This document shows positions 53,617 to 64,000 of a DNA stretch of 64,000 nt, piece by piece. Numbering within the stretch: the first letter of the stretch is position 1; each line of letters begins with the position of its first letter. Source of the DNA: an uncultured Chloroflexia bacterium (GTDB lineage: Bacteria; Chloroflexota; Anaerolineae; CG2-30-64-16); contig CAWEMM010000007.1 in assembly GCA_963810095.1 (NCBI GenBank), positions 192,001-256,000 on the forward strand, given 5' to 3'. The translations under genes were made by a program, and so were the position numbers. The notes beneath the pieces are model-generated. The model was given only the letters and a program-made list of their open reading frames with translations, did not search any database and was not told the origin of the DNA.

Positions 53617-54252
53617 ATGGCGATCCGGGTACTCGTCGTCGACGATCATGGAGTGGTTCGTAAGGGACTGCGCATGTATCTCGGGGCCGATCCCGAGTTC
53701 GAGATCGTCGGCGAAGCGCGCAATGGGCGCGAGGCCGTTCAGCTCGCGCGCGAACTGAGACCCGACGTGGTGCTGATGGATTTGCTGATGCCGGTGATGG
53801 ACGGTATCCGGGCGACCGCTGCCATCCGGTCGGAGCTTCCCGAGATAGAGGTGATCGCTCTTACCAGCGTGCTCGAGGACGCGGCAGTCTCTGAAGCGGT
53901 TCGTGCGGGAGCTATCGGCTATCTCCTCAAGGACGCCGAGTCGCAAGAGCTGGTTACCGCGATCAAGGCCGCAGCCGCGGGCCAGGTCTATCTGACCTCG
54001 GCGGCGCTTGCCCGCCTGGTGAATGACGTGGGGATGCCTCAGAAGGCGGTCGACGCGCTGACGACTCGGGAAATCGATGTACTCCGCCTGCTTGCCTCGG
54101 GCAAGTCGAACCGTGAGATCGGCCAGGCACTTTCGATCACGGACCAGACGGTCAAGAGCCACGTCAGTCACGTCCTGGACAAGCTCGGCGTGAACAGCCG
54201 CACCCAGGCCGCCCTGTACGCAATCGAGAACGGGCTCACTGCCGGCAAATAA
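53617..54252 (+). CDS. NarL/LuxR family response regulator
   Basis: VVDDH, VLMDLLMP, GYLLK, LTTREIDVL..TVKSHVSHVLDKL. Confidence 0.95.
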   Translation: MAIRVLVVDDHGVVRKGLRMYLGADPEFEIVGEARNGREAVQLARELRPDVVLMDLLMPVMDGIRATAAIRSELPEIEVIALTSVLEDAAVSEAVRAGAIGYLLKDAESQELVTAIKAAAAGQVYLTSAALARLVNDVGMPQKAVDALTTREIDVLRLLASGKSNREIGQALSITDQTVKSHVSHVLDKLGVNSRTQAALYAIENGLTAGK

Positions 54253-54309
54253 GCGATTAGCGGGGGCGCCGGTCGGCCGCAGCGTGCCCTCCGGGCGACT
54301 GGGAATCGG

Positions 54310-55956
54310 ATGATCATGCTTCCATTCCGCAGACGGCTGCTTTTGACCATCGGTATTCCGACAGGGATGGCCGTTGTCTTCCTGCTCTGTGACCTCGTCG
54401 CGCACACCCTTGTGGGCGAAGCGTGGCCGGATACCACGCACCTGGTGATGGCGGGCCTCATCCTCATCATCTCGTCCATCATCCTGACGATCCATCAGCA
54501 GACGTTGGCCCGGCGCGCGGAGGCCCGCACGATTCTCGCGGCGCGCGAAGTCGGGTATCGCACGCTGTTCGACCAGTTCCCCGAACCGACCACGGTCTGG
54601 AGCGGCGAGGGCGTGCTCCTCATGCAGAACCTGGTGTCGGCGCACAACATGGGCGGCGAGCGTGAGGACTACCTCGGAAAGTCGATCGTCGAGATTTTTG
54701 GCCCCGAGGCCGGGACCGCGTACCTCGATCGGATCCAGCGGGTGTACCGCTCTGGCCAGATCGAGGAGCAGGAGGACGTCGTTCACCTCGGCGTGGGCCA
54801 GCGCTATTTCTGGACGACGATGCAGCGCGTGAGCCAGCCCGACGGTCGCGAAGCCGTTCAGGTCATCTCTTACGACGTCACCGAGCGGGTGCGTGCGGAA
54901 CAGGCGTGGCGCGAAGAGCAGCAGCGCGCGTCCATGTACCTCGATGTGGCGCCCGTGCTCTTCGTCGCCATGGATTTGGAGGGCCGGGTGCAGCTCATCA
55001 ATGCCACGGGCTGCGCCATACTGGGGCGCGCCGAATCCGAGGTTATAGGACAGAACTGGTTCGACTCGTTCGTGCCCGAGGGGGCCAGAGAGCAGGTGCG
55101 CAGCGACTACCTGCGCCTGGTGCCGGTCGTTCGCGAACCGGGCTTCGTCTACGAAAACCCTGTCTTGACCGCGACGGGCGAGGAGCGGCTGATCGCCTGG
55201 CATCCTGTCGTGTTGTGCGACGAGGCGGGACGGGCCATAGGCACGCTCACGGCGGGAGAAGATATCACGGAGCGCCGTCGTGCGGAGGATGCCCTCCGGG
55301 CCTCGGAGATGCTGCGCATCCAGGAGCGCACTGCGCTGGCGGAGAGGCAGAAGCTGGCCCGCGAGCTCCATGATTCCGTGTCGCAGGCCCTGTATGGCAT
55401 CGCGCTCGGCGTCAATACCGCTCTGGCCGTGATGGATCACAACCGCGAAGGCGCGCTCGAGGCGTTGACGTATTCGCTCGGCCTGTCGCGTGCCGGGTTG
55501 AGCGAAATGCGGGCGCTGATTTTCGAGCTTCGGCCCGAGTCTTTGGAATCGGAAGGGCTGGTCGCCGCGCTGATGAAGATGGCCGAGGCCCTGCGCGCAC
55601 GCTTCGAGATGCCGGTCAACGTGGAGGTGTGCGGCGAGCCCGACCTGGCGCTTCCGATGAAAGAGGTGGTCTACCGCGTAGCCCAAGAGGCGTTGCACAA
55701 CGTAGTCAAGCACGCGCAAGCCCACGAACTCACGGTCAAGCTCACCTGCGACGCCCACTGCCTCGTGCTGATTGTCTGCGACGACGGCATTGGATTCGAT
55801 CCCGATGCGTCGCACCCCGGGCACCTAGGCTTGCGTTCGATGGGCGAACGCGCGGCGAGTGTGGGCGGGAGTGTACGGGTGACGAGCGCACCAGGCGCGG
55901 GCACGACGATCCAGCTTCTGGTGCCGTTCGCAGAGGCAAAGGAGCCGCAGACCTAA
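54310..55956 (+). CDS. PAS-PAS HisKA_3 sensor histidine kinase
   Basis: Two TM helices, two PAS domains, ARELHDSVSQ, EALHNVVKHA, DDGIGF, HLGLRSM. Confidence 0.93.
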   Translation: MIMLPFRRRLLLTIGIPTGMAVVFLLCDLVAHTLVGEAWPDTTHLVMAGLILIISSIILTIHQQTLARRAEARTILAAREVGYRTLFDQFPEPTTVWSGEGVLLMQNLVSAHNMGGEREDYLGKSIVEIFGPEAGTAYLDRIQRVYRSGQIEEQEDVVHLGVGQRYFWTTMQRVSQPDGREAVQVISYDVTERVRAEQAWREEQQRASMYLDVAPVLFVAMDLEGRVQLINATGCAILGRAESEVIGQNWFDSFVPEGAREQVRSDYLRLVPVVREPGFVYENPVLTATGEERLIAWHPVVLCDEAGRAIGTLTAGEDITERRRAEDALRASEMLRIQERTALAERQKLARELHDSVSQALYGIALGVNTALAVMDHNREGALEALTYSLGLSRAGLSEMRALIFELRPESLESEGLVAALMKMAEALRARFEMPVNVEVCGEPDLALPMKEVVYRVAQEALHNVVKHAQAHELTVKLTCDAHCLVLIVCDDGIGFDPDASHPGHLGLRSMGERAASVGGSVRVTSAPGAGTTIQLLVPFAEAKEPQT

Positions 55957-55957
55957 T

Positions 55958-56407
55958 TCAGGACGCGGTGGGGTGCTGCCGCCGGGGAAGGGGCTGATGG
56001 CGCAAGGCGGCTTCCCGGATCACTGACAGCAAGCGGTCCACCGGCTCTTCCTTGCTCACAAACCCGGCCGCACTCGCCAGAGCGGCACGGTCCTGTGTGC
56101 CCGCGTCGTCATGGATCGATAGCATCACCACGGGCATCCGAGGGTGCCGCTCGCATAACATGCGGCAGGTCTCGATGCCGTCGAGGGCCGGCATTTCGAC
56201 GTCCATCAGGACGACGTCGGGCAGGACCTCGCTCGCGAGCGTCAGGGCGGCAAGCCCATCCGCCGCCAGGCCGACGACCTGCATGTCAGGCTCGGCATCT
56301 AGGCGCATTTCGAGTCCATACCGAATCTCCGGCCGGTCCTCAACCACCAGGACTCGAATCACACACGCCCCGTTCACCTGCGACCACGCAGGTTCGTACC
56401 TCGTCAT
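55958..56407 (-). CDS. Stand-alone response regulator receiver protein
   Basis: VLVVED, VLMDVEMP, FVSK; no output domain. Confidence 0.85.
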   Translation of the reverse strand: MTRYEPAWSQVNGACVIRVLVVEDRPEIRYGLEMRLDAEPDMQVVGLAADGLAALTLASEVLPDVVLMDVEMPALDGIETCRMLCERHPRMPVVMLSIHDDAGTQDRAALASAAGFVSKEEPVDRLLSVIREAALRHQPLPRRQHPTAS

Positions 56408-56618
56408 AATTGGCCGCCATTCAGGGCGCACAGCGGTACCGCGCCCGAGTCGACTTACACGCCAAAGGATACGCTCGGGCCACCTTTTCGGGCATCCCCC
56501 GGAGGGTGCGATTGTGACGATGTAGTTCTGCGCATATCGCTCTGACACTTTAGTTGCATTCCTCGAGGATGCTATCTCGGCGTGCCTGAGCCGGCTCCGC
56601 CGCCCTCGCCCCTGATCT

Positions 56619-56717
56619 GGAATGCGACACTGATGCCCCTGATAGAACTGATCGGTACTGTCCTTTTGGGAAACAACGTGATAATCAGTCAGATCAGTCC
56701 AATCAGCGTCCCACTCC
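56619..56717. repeat. Imperfect intergenic palindrome ending ATCAGCGTCCC
   Basis: CTGAT/ATCAG units with ~9-nt period on opposite arms. Confidence 0.6.
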
Positions 56718-56760
56718 ACCCCTCGTTGTCCGGAGCCGCCCCGCGCCTTTTGACACGGCC

Positions 56761-58842
56761 ATGCGCGTCGGGTATATTGGCCGCATCGACTCAGATCAAC
56801 AGGTTCCTCGGGTGACACAAGGTTCTTTGGCTGCCGTGCCTCCGGCATCACGGCCGGTGGCGGCTTGCCTCGCTCGTCCGGTCGTCTGGCTCTGCCTCCT
56901 GGTGGCGCTTTTCACGGCGTACTTTCTGGCCTTCAACCTGGCGTCGCACGCTGCGTTCGACACCTCGGCCTACGATCTCGGCATCTATGACCAGGTCGTC
57001 TGGAACACGGCGCACGGCCGCGTCATGGCTTACTCGGCCGAGCCATGGTACAGCAGTAACTTCCTCGGCACCCATCTGCAGCCCATCCTGATCCTCCTCG
57101 CGCCGGTCTATTGGGTCTGGAGCGACCCCCGCGCGTTGATCGTGCTGCAGAGCCTCGCCATCGGCGCCAGCGCGTTCCTGGTGTACTTCCTCGCAGCCAG
57201 GCGGCTGGCACGGCCCTGGGCGGCGTTGGCCCTCACCTTCGCATACCTCATGTGGCCGGCTCTCCAGGCGGTCACCCGGTTCGACTTTCACCCCGAGTCG
57301 TTCGAGCCGCTCCTGTTTCTCGGCGCGTTTGCGCTCTACGAGATCTGGCGCGGTCGGATCGTGATTTCCCGGCTGCCCCGGCGTTGGGCCCGCGTCCTCT
57401 TCTTCGTCGCCATCGTGCTCGCACTGCTGGTTAAGGAAGACGTCGCCCTGGTGGTGGCCGCGTTCGGCATTTACCTGTGGGCCGCGCGGCGCGAGCGCCG
57501 GCTGGGTCCCCTGCTGCTGATCGCCGGATTGGTGTGGTTTGCCGCGGGGATGTTACTCGTCATGCCGCGCTTCCGGGGCGGCGAGGGCTCGCCGTTCCTG
57601 ACGTATTACGCGTACCTGGGCAAAACACCTGCGGAGATGGCCCGCACGCTCGTGACCCAGCCGCAGGTCGCGCTCAAAGCCCTGGCAGCCCCGGCCAATC
57701 TCGACATGCTGCTGGGCCTGCTCGTCCCGCTGGGCCTGCTGCCGCTGCTGGCGCCCGACCTCCTGTTGATCAGCCTGCCCACGCTCATTTCCTACGGCCT
57801 CAGCACTAACGCCTTCATGCACCGGATGGAGGGCTTCCACTATGCGGCGACGGTCATCCCCTGGTTCATCCTGGCCGCGATCTACGGGCTGGGGCGCTGG
57901 TACGACGGCAGGGGGATAGGACCGCTCAGGGGGGTGGCACGGCGCGTGCCCTGGCTGCCGCTCGTCGTGCTGCTGGTCGCAAGCTGCGCCTACCAGGGCG
58001 GCCGCGGGTTCACGCCCGTCAGCCGGCTGTACCAGTGGCCGCAGGTCACGGAGCACGAGCGCACCGGGCGGGCGCTGATGAAGCAGATTCCGCCCGATGC
58101 CTCCCTGGTCGCGCAGGACAAGCTCTATCCGCACCTGAGCCAGCGGCAGGCGATCTCGTTTCTGTGGCCGTCCGACGCGTCGGCCGAGTACGTTCTGCTC
58201 GACGTGTCTGACCCGACGCTGACGAACGGCGACCGTCTCACCGAATGGCTCAAGGCGCAGATCGAGGCGCAGTCAGCCTACGGACTGGTGGAGAGTCGCG
58301 ATGGCTTCGTCCTGCTGAAGCGCGGTGCGCCGCACCAGGCACTATCCGGCGCATTCTACAGCTTCGCCACGCCCAGCGAGCCGGCCATTCAGCACCCCAT
58401 GTCCGTCGACACGCCGGAAGGGATTCGTTTTCTCGGCTACGATGTGGTCAAGCGGCGCTACGAGAACACGCTGCTGACGCTCTACTTCACCGCGACGGAG
58501 CGTCTCACGAAGGACTATTTCGCCGGCGTCCATCTCCTGGGGGAGGACGGCGCGACGCTGGGCGCCACGAAGTTCCAGCAGCCGGCGCTCGTCTGGTATC
58601 CCACGAGCCAGTGGCAGCCCGGCGAGATAGTGAAGGTGACGGTCAACACGCTGGGCTGGGCGGCCGAGCCGGAGCGCTTTGGCCTGGGCGTGGTCCTTGC
58701 AGGCCCCGACGTCGTGCCGGGGAACTCAGACGCGCCAGATACGCCAAGGGTGCGCTTGAAATGGCTGCCCGGCGCTACGGAGCCGCAGCCGCGCCTGCTC
58801 GAGGACCAAACAGTCCTGAAGTTGGGCGATTTCGCCCGCTAA
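56761..58842 (+). CDS. DUF2079 polytopic membrane protein (GT-C-like)
   Basis: AYDLGIYDQVVWN, HLQPIL, FDFHPE, KED motifs; soluble C-terminal domain. Confidence 0.85.
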   Translation: MRVGYIGRIDSDQQVPRVTQGSLAAVPPASRPVAACLARPVVWLCLLVALFTAYFLAFNLASHAAFDTSAYDLGIYDQVVWNTAHGRVMAYSAEPWYSSNFLGTHLQPILILLAPVYWVWSDPRALIVLQSLAIGASAFLVYFLAARRLARPWAALALTFAYLMWPALQAVTRFDFHPESFEPLLFLGAFALYEIWRGRIVISRLPRRWARVLFFVAIVLALLVKEDVALVVAAFGIYLWAARRERRLGPLLLIAGLVWFAAGMLLVMPRFRGGEGSPFLTYYAYLGKTPAEMARTLVTQPQVALKALAAPANLDMLLGLLVPLGLLPLLAPDLLLISLPTLISYGLSTNAFMHRMEGFHYAATVIPWFILAAIYGLGRWYDGRGIGPLRGVARRVPWLPLVVLLVASCAYQGGRGFTPVSRLYQWPQVTEHERTGRALMKQIPPDASLVAQDKLYPHLSQRQAISFLWPSDASAEYVLLDVSDPTLTNGDRLTEWLKAQIEAQSAYGLVESRDGFVLLKRGAPHQALSGAFYSFATPSEPAIQHPMSVDTPEGIRFLGYDVVKRRYENTLLTLYFTATERLTKDYFAGVHLLGEDGATLGATKFQQPALVWYPTSQWQPGEIVKVTVNTLGWAAEPERFGLGVVLAGPDVVPGNSDAPDTPRVRLKWLPGATEPQPRLLEDQTVLKLGDFAR

Positions 58843-58922
58843 CTGCCGTCGTTCGGGGCCGAGCGCGGTGACTTTTGTTGCGTCTGCCGGGCCGGATGGT
58901 GCCTGGAGATTGTCCAGGCGTA

Positions 58923-58951
58923 TTGCAATCGAGGGCCAGACATGCTATAGT
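58923..58951 (+). promoter_or_regulatory. Sigma70-like promoter
   Basis: TTGCAA-17 bp-TATAGT with TG extended -10. Confidence 0.65.
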
Positions 58952-58957
58952 TACTAG

Positions 58958-59180
58958 GCATCACGCGTTGCTCTGCAGCATCGCATTCTGCGCCTCATCG
59001 TCTGCCTCGTTACTGCGCCAGCAGAGACCGAAGCGTGATGCTTCGGCGGGCTAGCAAAGCTTGACCGTGCCTTCTGCACGGATTATGAACAGGGCCTCAT
59101 CTCTGGCGGGGTTGGAATGAGGCGCGCTGCGGTCAAGCTCCGTACCCGTGCTATCACGTTGCTTCAATTGCTGCTAGCCC
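58958..59180 (+). ncRNA. Candidate structured RNA or leader of unknown family
   Basis: Nested complementary stems starting immediately after the promoter. Confidence 0.4.
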
Positions 59181-59358
59181 TCCGCGTACAAGCGCGCACG
59201 AGCTTCCTTTTGTCGCGAGGCATACCCTCCGCAGCTCTCTAGCGGGCGTTTGGTTCATGACAGAATTGCCATCTTGTTATGGACACTTTTATATGATTTA
59301 GTCATGTCAACGTGCGATGATGACGGCATCGGTGGCTTCGAGAGACGGGAGGGCAGCG

Positions 59359-60023
59359 ATGGACCTGATCCGCATTCTCCTGGTGACTGATTTCGCACTG
59401 TTTCGCGATGGCCTGCGCACGGTTCTCGAACACGAACAAGACATAACCGTTTGCGATGAGGCCTCTGACGCCGAATCGGCCGTCCGCCTTGCCCGCGAAA
59501 AGAGCCCCGACCTCATCCTCCTCGATCTCCACCTGCCCGCGGAGAGCGGCGTCCAGGCCGCGACTCAGATCCTCACAGACAATCCCGAAGCTAAGGTGAT
59601 CGCTCTCATGGGTGAGCCGCATCTTGACACACTCCTGGAGATCATGCGCGCCGGGTGCGCGGCTACCTGATGAAAGACGCCCACGTCGCAGCGTTGACGC
59701 ATGCCATTCGCGCTGTTGTCGTGGGCGGCGCAGTCGTCGATCCGCAGGTGGCCGTCACTATGCTGGCCGACTACCGGCGGCTGGCTAAGCACGACTCAGC
59801 ATCTCCAGGCGGTGGTTTTTCCTGCCGCGACCTTGAGATGCTGCGCTATCTTGCACACGGCGAAGGCAATCGGGAGATAGCGCGCCGGATGTTCCTCTCG
59901 GAGCAGACGGTAAAGAATGAACTCTCCGACATCTATCGCCGGCTGGGCGTGGAGAACCGGACCGAGGCAGTCGCCACTGCCTTGCGCCTGGGCCTGATCT
60001 CCAACGATGCCGGGCAGGCATGA
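59359..60023 (+). CDS. Atypical NarL-family response regulator (frameshift near 59657)
   Basis: LLVTDFALFRDG, ILLDLHLP, GYLMKD, LuxR HTH NREIARRMFLSEQTVKN. Confidence 0.85.
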
Positions 60024-60244
60024 CCGTCATCCACAGTACGAGAGTACTTTTCCCCTAGTACCCCCGGCGGCAAAAGTAGAGATAGTTGGGTCTACAACCT
60101 ATTCGGCAAACAACGTATGATTATGACAGTCTATGCTGGCTTATGACGCTGCATGCCTGTTACCGCTAACTGCTGGAGCCTCGTGTTCATTCGTGCGTGT
60201 TTACGATTGCTCCGTTCGCCGGACACGGAGGAGAACCAGATGCC

Positions 60245-60529
60245 ATGGACGAACTCCTGACCGTCGATGAGGTAGCCAACTACCTGCGCGTGAGCCGGTC
60301 CACGGTGTGGCGCTGGTGCCAGGCCAAGAAGGTGCCCGCATTCAAGATCGGCCGCGAATGGCGGATCTCGGGACCGGTGCTCGAGGAGCTGATGGCCGCT
60401 CAACAAAAGGCGGCCATCGACTCCGAAACCGAAACCGGCCCGCCGGGCATCTTCCCATCCGGCGAGCATGACGGCCAAGCGCCCGAGTACCGGGCTACGG
60501 GTACGGCTGGCAGTGGAAACGGGGACTAA
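60245..60529 (+). CDS. Excisionase-family (HTH_17) DNA-binding protein
   Basis: LLTVDEVANYLRVSRSTVWRW..KVPAFKIGREWRI; RBS GGAGG. Confidence 0.85.
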   Translation: MDELLTVDEVANYLRVSRSTVWRWCQAKKVPAFKIGREWRISGPVLEELMAAQQKAAIDSETETGPPGIFPSGEHDGQAPEYRATGTAGSGNGD

Positions 60530-60920
60530 TGGGAGTTCCAACGTCTGGCAGGGATCGCCAGAATGTCACAGGACAAGGCAGGTTCTGGTTGCTTTTGCTG
60601 GCCTTTCGGCGTTTTTGCTCGGCATTGCCTGTCAAGACGACGGCCGGCAGGCTTCCAGCAGTTACGGCGGCGTGGGGCGGGAGTTCGGGCGCGTGTCGTC
60701 AGGAGCGTGGGGTGTAGGGGTTGCTACTGTGGCGGAAGCAACCTGGACAGCACGACCTCTGGCCAACGGTTCAGACAGCAGGGTGGAAAGGAGGTGAGCT
60801 GGCCGGCCTGAAGGCGTAGTCTTCAAAGGCGACGGCGTGCCTTTGTGCACCCGAACTGAACTTCGGCGTTGAGCGTTCGGCAAGATGACCTTCGAGCACC
60901 TATCACCAGAGGAGGACAAG

Positions 60921-63655
60921 ATGCATTCGGCCAGTAACCGGCTCTACCGGGCATTCTGCGTGGTCATGGCAGTCCTGTTGCTGTTCCCGGCACTCGCGCT
61001 CGCAGAGCCGAGCGTGCCGGGTGATGTAACGGCCCTCAACATTACGAGCCCGACGACCGCCGCGCCGGCCTACGTGAAGGCAGGGAGCGTCGTGGTGGTG
61101 ACTTGGGACACAGGTGGTACCGGCGTGGGCAGTGGCGATGTTCGCTACTGGCTCGGCGGGACAATCTCGCTGGGACAGGAACCGTCACGCTGCCGGTGGC
61201 AAAGACCATCAACCTCACAATCCCCGTGGGCACGGCCGAAGGGCAGTGGGACCTGACCGTTGAGGCGAAAGCCACGGGACAGGCGAACTGGTTTGCTGCA
61301 GTTCAGCCGACCAGCATCGTGGTTGACAACAGCGCGCCCGTGGTTCCCGCGAACACGCTCCTCCAGCCCAACGGCGGCGAGTACCTACACGTCGGCGACG
61401 CCTACAACATCACCTGGGATGCAGCCAAGATCGTGGAGGCGAACCTCGCCGGCATCGACCTGGAACTGTGGGTTGCAGGAGCGTTCCACTCCAAGATCGC
61501 AACTGGCCTCGGCAACACGGGCACGTACGCCTGGACGGTGCCGGCCATGGTAACCCAGCAGGCAAAGGTCAAGCTCGTCGTCACTGACAAGGCAGGGTCG
61601 ATGGGCTCCGACATGAGCGACAAGGACTTCACCATCTTCAACACGGACGACAGCCCCCCGATGGTGAACGTCACCGCGCCGCCCGACAACGCCTATCTCG
61701 TCAACAGCTCCGTGACCGTCTCGGCCGACGCCAGCGATGCGGAGTCGGGCATCACGAAGGTCGTGTTCGAGTATTCGAAAGACAACGGCGCGACCTGGGC
61801 CGCGATCGGAACCGACGTCGCCGCGCCCTATACGATGAGCTGGAACCTCGCCGGCTTTGCGGACGGCACGAAGCTGATCGTCAAGGCAACCGCTCATAAC
61901 GGGGCAGGCGCGTTCGCATCGGACACGAACGGCGGCCTGGTGATCGACCGCGGCAAACCTGCGGTGACCCTGACTGCGCCGGCCAACGGTGCGCTGCTCG
62001 GCGCGTCGTTCGAGGTCAAGGCTGACGCATCGGACGTGGGTTCGGGCATCCAGGGCGTGACCTTCTACTATTCGATCGACAGCGGCGTGACTTGGGTTGC
62101 GCTGGGCGCAGCAGACACGACTGCGCCGTATTCGGCTGCCTTCTCCGCGCCCTGGGCGGCTGCGGACTCTACCGCGGTGTGGTTCAAGGCCAGCGCGGTC
62201 GATAACGCCGGCTGGTCCAACGAGAGCGGGATCAATAAGGTAACCGTCGATAACAAGGCGCCGGCGATCAAGGCAACCACGCTCACGCAGCCGAACGGCG
62301 GCGAGGGTTTGCAGATCGGGACCGCCTACACCATCAAGTGGACGAAGGCCGATATCACCGATACGAACCTGGCGGCGAGCCCTATCACGCTCTGGCTGAC
62401 ACAGGACGGCGGCGTGACCTTCACCCAGATTGACGGCGCACTTGGGAACACCGGCTCCTTCAACTGGACGGTCGCCGGCATCCCGAGTCCGAACTCGTGG
62501 GTGAAGATCATGGCGACCGACAAGGTCGGCAATCAGTCGTCGGACATGAGCGACGCGGCCTTCACGATCTTCGCGGTCGACAACACGCCGCCGGCTGCTT
62601 CGGTCGCTTCGCCGGCAGCGGGCGCCTGGATTACCGGCGTCAAGTTGGTGAAGGCGAATGCCGCCGATGCGGAGTCCGGCATCGTGCAGGTGACCTTCTT
62701 CGCCGACCACGGCGTGTGGGCAGTCAACCCGGACACCGTGGCGCCCTACGAGGACAACCTCGACACGACCGGCTACAACGGTGCCCTCAAGTTGTGGGTC
62801 GTCGCGAAGAACGGCGTGGGCATGGAGACCACCTCGGCGGTCGTGACGGTGAACGTGGATAACACGGCGCCGACGGTCTCGCTGACCCAGCCGGTCGGCG
62901 GCAACCTGATCTCGGGGACGGCGTACGAGTTCGCTGCGGATGCAGCGGACGGCGGCTCGGGCGTGGCCTCGGTGCTGTTCGAGGTCCAGCCGAACTGCCA
63001 AGGCGGGTGGACGGCCCTGGGCACGGCGACGGCCGCGCCGTTCAAGATCACCTACAACACGGCCAACCTGCCCGACGGAACGCACTGCTTCCGTGCCACC
63101 GCGACCGACAAGGTCGGGCTGAGCACCATGAGCAGCGTGGTCACCGCTGACATCAAGAACACCTTCAGCATCGTCCTCAAGACCGGCTGGAACCTGATCT
63201 CGACCCCGCTGGTGCCCTACGACACCAACATCGCGGCCGTGATGAACGGGCTGGCGGTGAAGCAGGTAGCCACGTTCGTCTGGTCGAGCGGCAAGCTGGT
63301 GCAGCAGACCTACATCCCGGGTGCCGGCGGCACGCTGAAGACCTTCCATGACGGACAGGGCTACTGGGTGGAGATGAAGTCGGGCGGCACCCTGGTGGTG
63401 AAGGGGCGCTACCTCGCCGCCCCGCCCAACGTCCTGCCTTCCTATGCGGAGAGCGTGGGTTGGAACCTGATCGGGTTCACGGCCCGCTACAACATGGCGA
63501 ACGAGTCCGCTAACGAGTACCTAGGCTCGCTGGCCGGCGCCGCGGAGGCGAACTACCGCTGGAATACGGCCGGCTACTACGAGCAGACGTGGACCTACGA
63601 CGCGGGCTTCGGCTACTGGCTGGCCCTCAGCAAGGCCGGCACGATCTACCCGTAA
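60921..63655 (+). CDS. Secreted multi-Ig-domain, S-layer-like surface protein (frameshift near 61175)
   Basis: RBS GAGGAGG; signal peptide; repeated Big-like domains (ASDAESGI..V.F, DTxAPY) and PNGGE..ITW domains; C-terminal GWNLI..GYW duplicate. Confidence 0.82.
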
Positions 63656-63668
63656 CGCAAGCCCCCTG

Positions 63669-63749
63669 ACCTCAGGTTGCCCGGTTGACCGGGTAGCCTG
63701 AGGTCGCTCGTGAAGGCCCTGGCGGGACTCGCGGGCCCTGCCAGGGCCG
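63669..63749 (+). terminator. Tandem hairpins after the surface protein gene
   Basis: GACCTCAGG...CCTGAGGTC and GGCCCTGGC...GCCAGGGCC. Confidence 0.65.
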
Positions 63750-63962
63750 GTTTTCGCAATGCCACACGGGCGACAGACTTGAACCTTCGGCCGGCAGCGG
63801 CGAGCCTAAACCGAGCGCCAGGCGAAATTGCTCTGGCCGGTCTCCGACCGAGCCAGGGGGGCATGGTCAGAAACCGCCCCAGCGGACATTTTCACGCTGC
63901 GACTCGTTCAGGCAGGCGGGACGCCAGAGACCGGTCCGTCTTGGAGAGAGGAGGCAGCAGCG

Positions 63963-64000
63963 ATGGGGTACAAGCATCCTGCCGGCGGCGACATTCGCCC
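63963..64000 (+). CDS. Start of a gene truncated by the window edge
   Basis: RBS GAGGAGG followed by ATG GGG TAC AAG. Confidence 0.4.
   Translation, partial: MGYKHPAGGDIR

Noticed and set aside
53569-55824. Long antisense ORFs (also 61385-63349, 31619-33244, 46031-47395)
   Set aside because: Shadow frames of real high-GC genes, with no motifs of their own.
60245-60529. Excisionase as evidence of a prophage or ICE
   Set aside because: No integrase, att site, tRNA or phage genes in the window.

Overview
High-GC bacterial chromosomal window. Gene content and C-terminal motifs suggest Chloroflexota, probably Anaerolineae (inference). Many otherwise intact genes carry 1-bp frameshifts, most simply explained as long-read assembly indels. 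From left to right: an ABC exporter; a GEVED surface protein; a small CxxC zinc-ribbon gene; a NarL-type two-component pair; a large metal island (giant secreted multicopper oxidase, two beta-propeller proteins, YcnK-like regulator, PCuAC, YtkA/FixH-like protein, Met-rich membrane-YHS protein, CopA with an unusual C-terminal fusion, ChrA, ModAB); a ~13.5 kb minus-strand operon centred on a giant divergent tubulin/FtsZ-like protein (CAP - membrane vWA - tubulin-like - WD40-like propeller - TPR-like solenoid - anchored surface protein); an orphan 41-aa hydrophobic peptide; glnS and bfr; an M23 peptidase; a cupredoxin lipoprotein; an SDR/QueA-like pair; a GH26 hydrolase; further NarL regulators; and DUF2079 next to a putative S-layer-like Ig-repeat protein with long structured leaders. 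The best candidate for an undescribed system is the tubulin-like operon, followed by the copper island. No rRNA, tRNA, CRISPR array or transposase was recognised.
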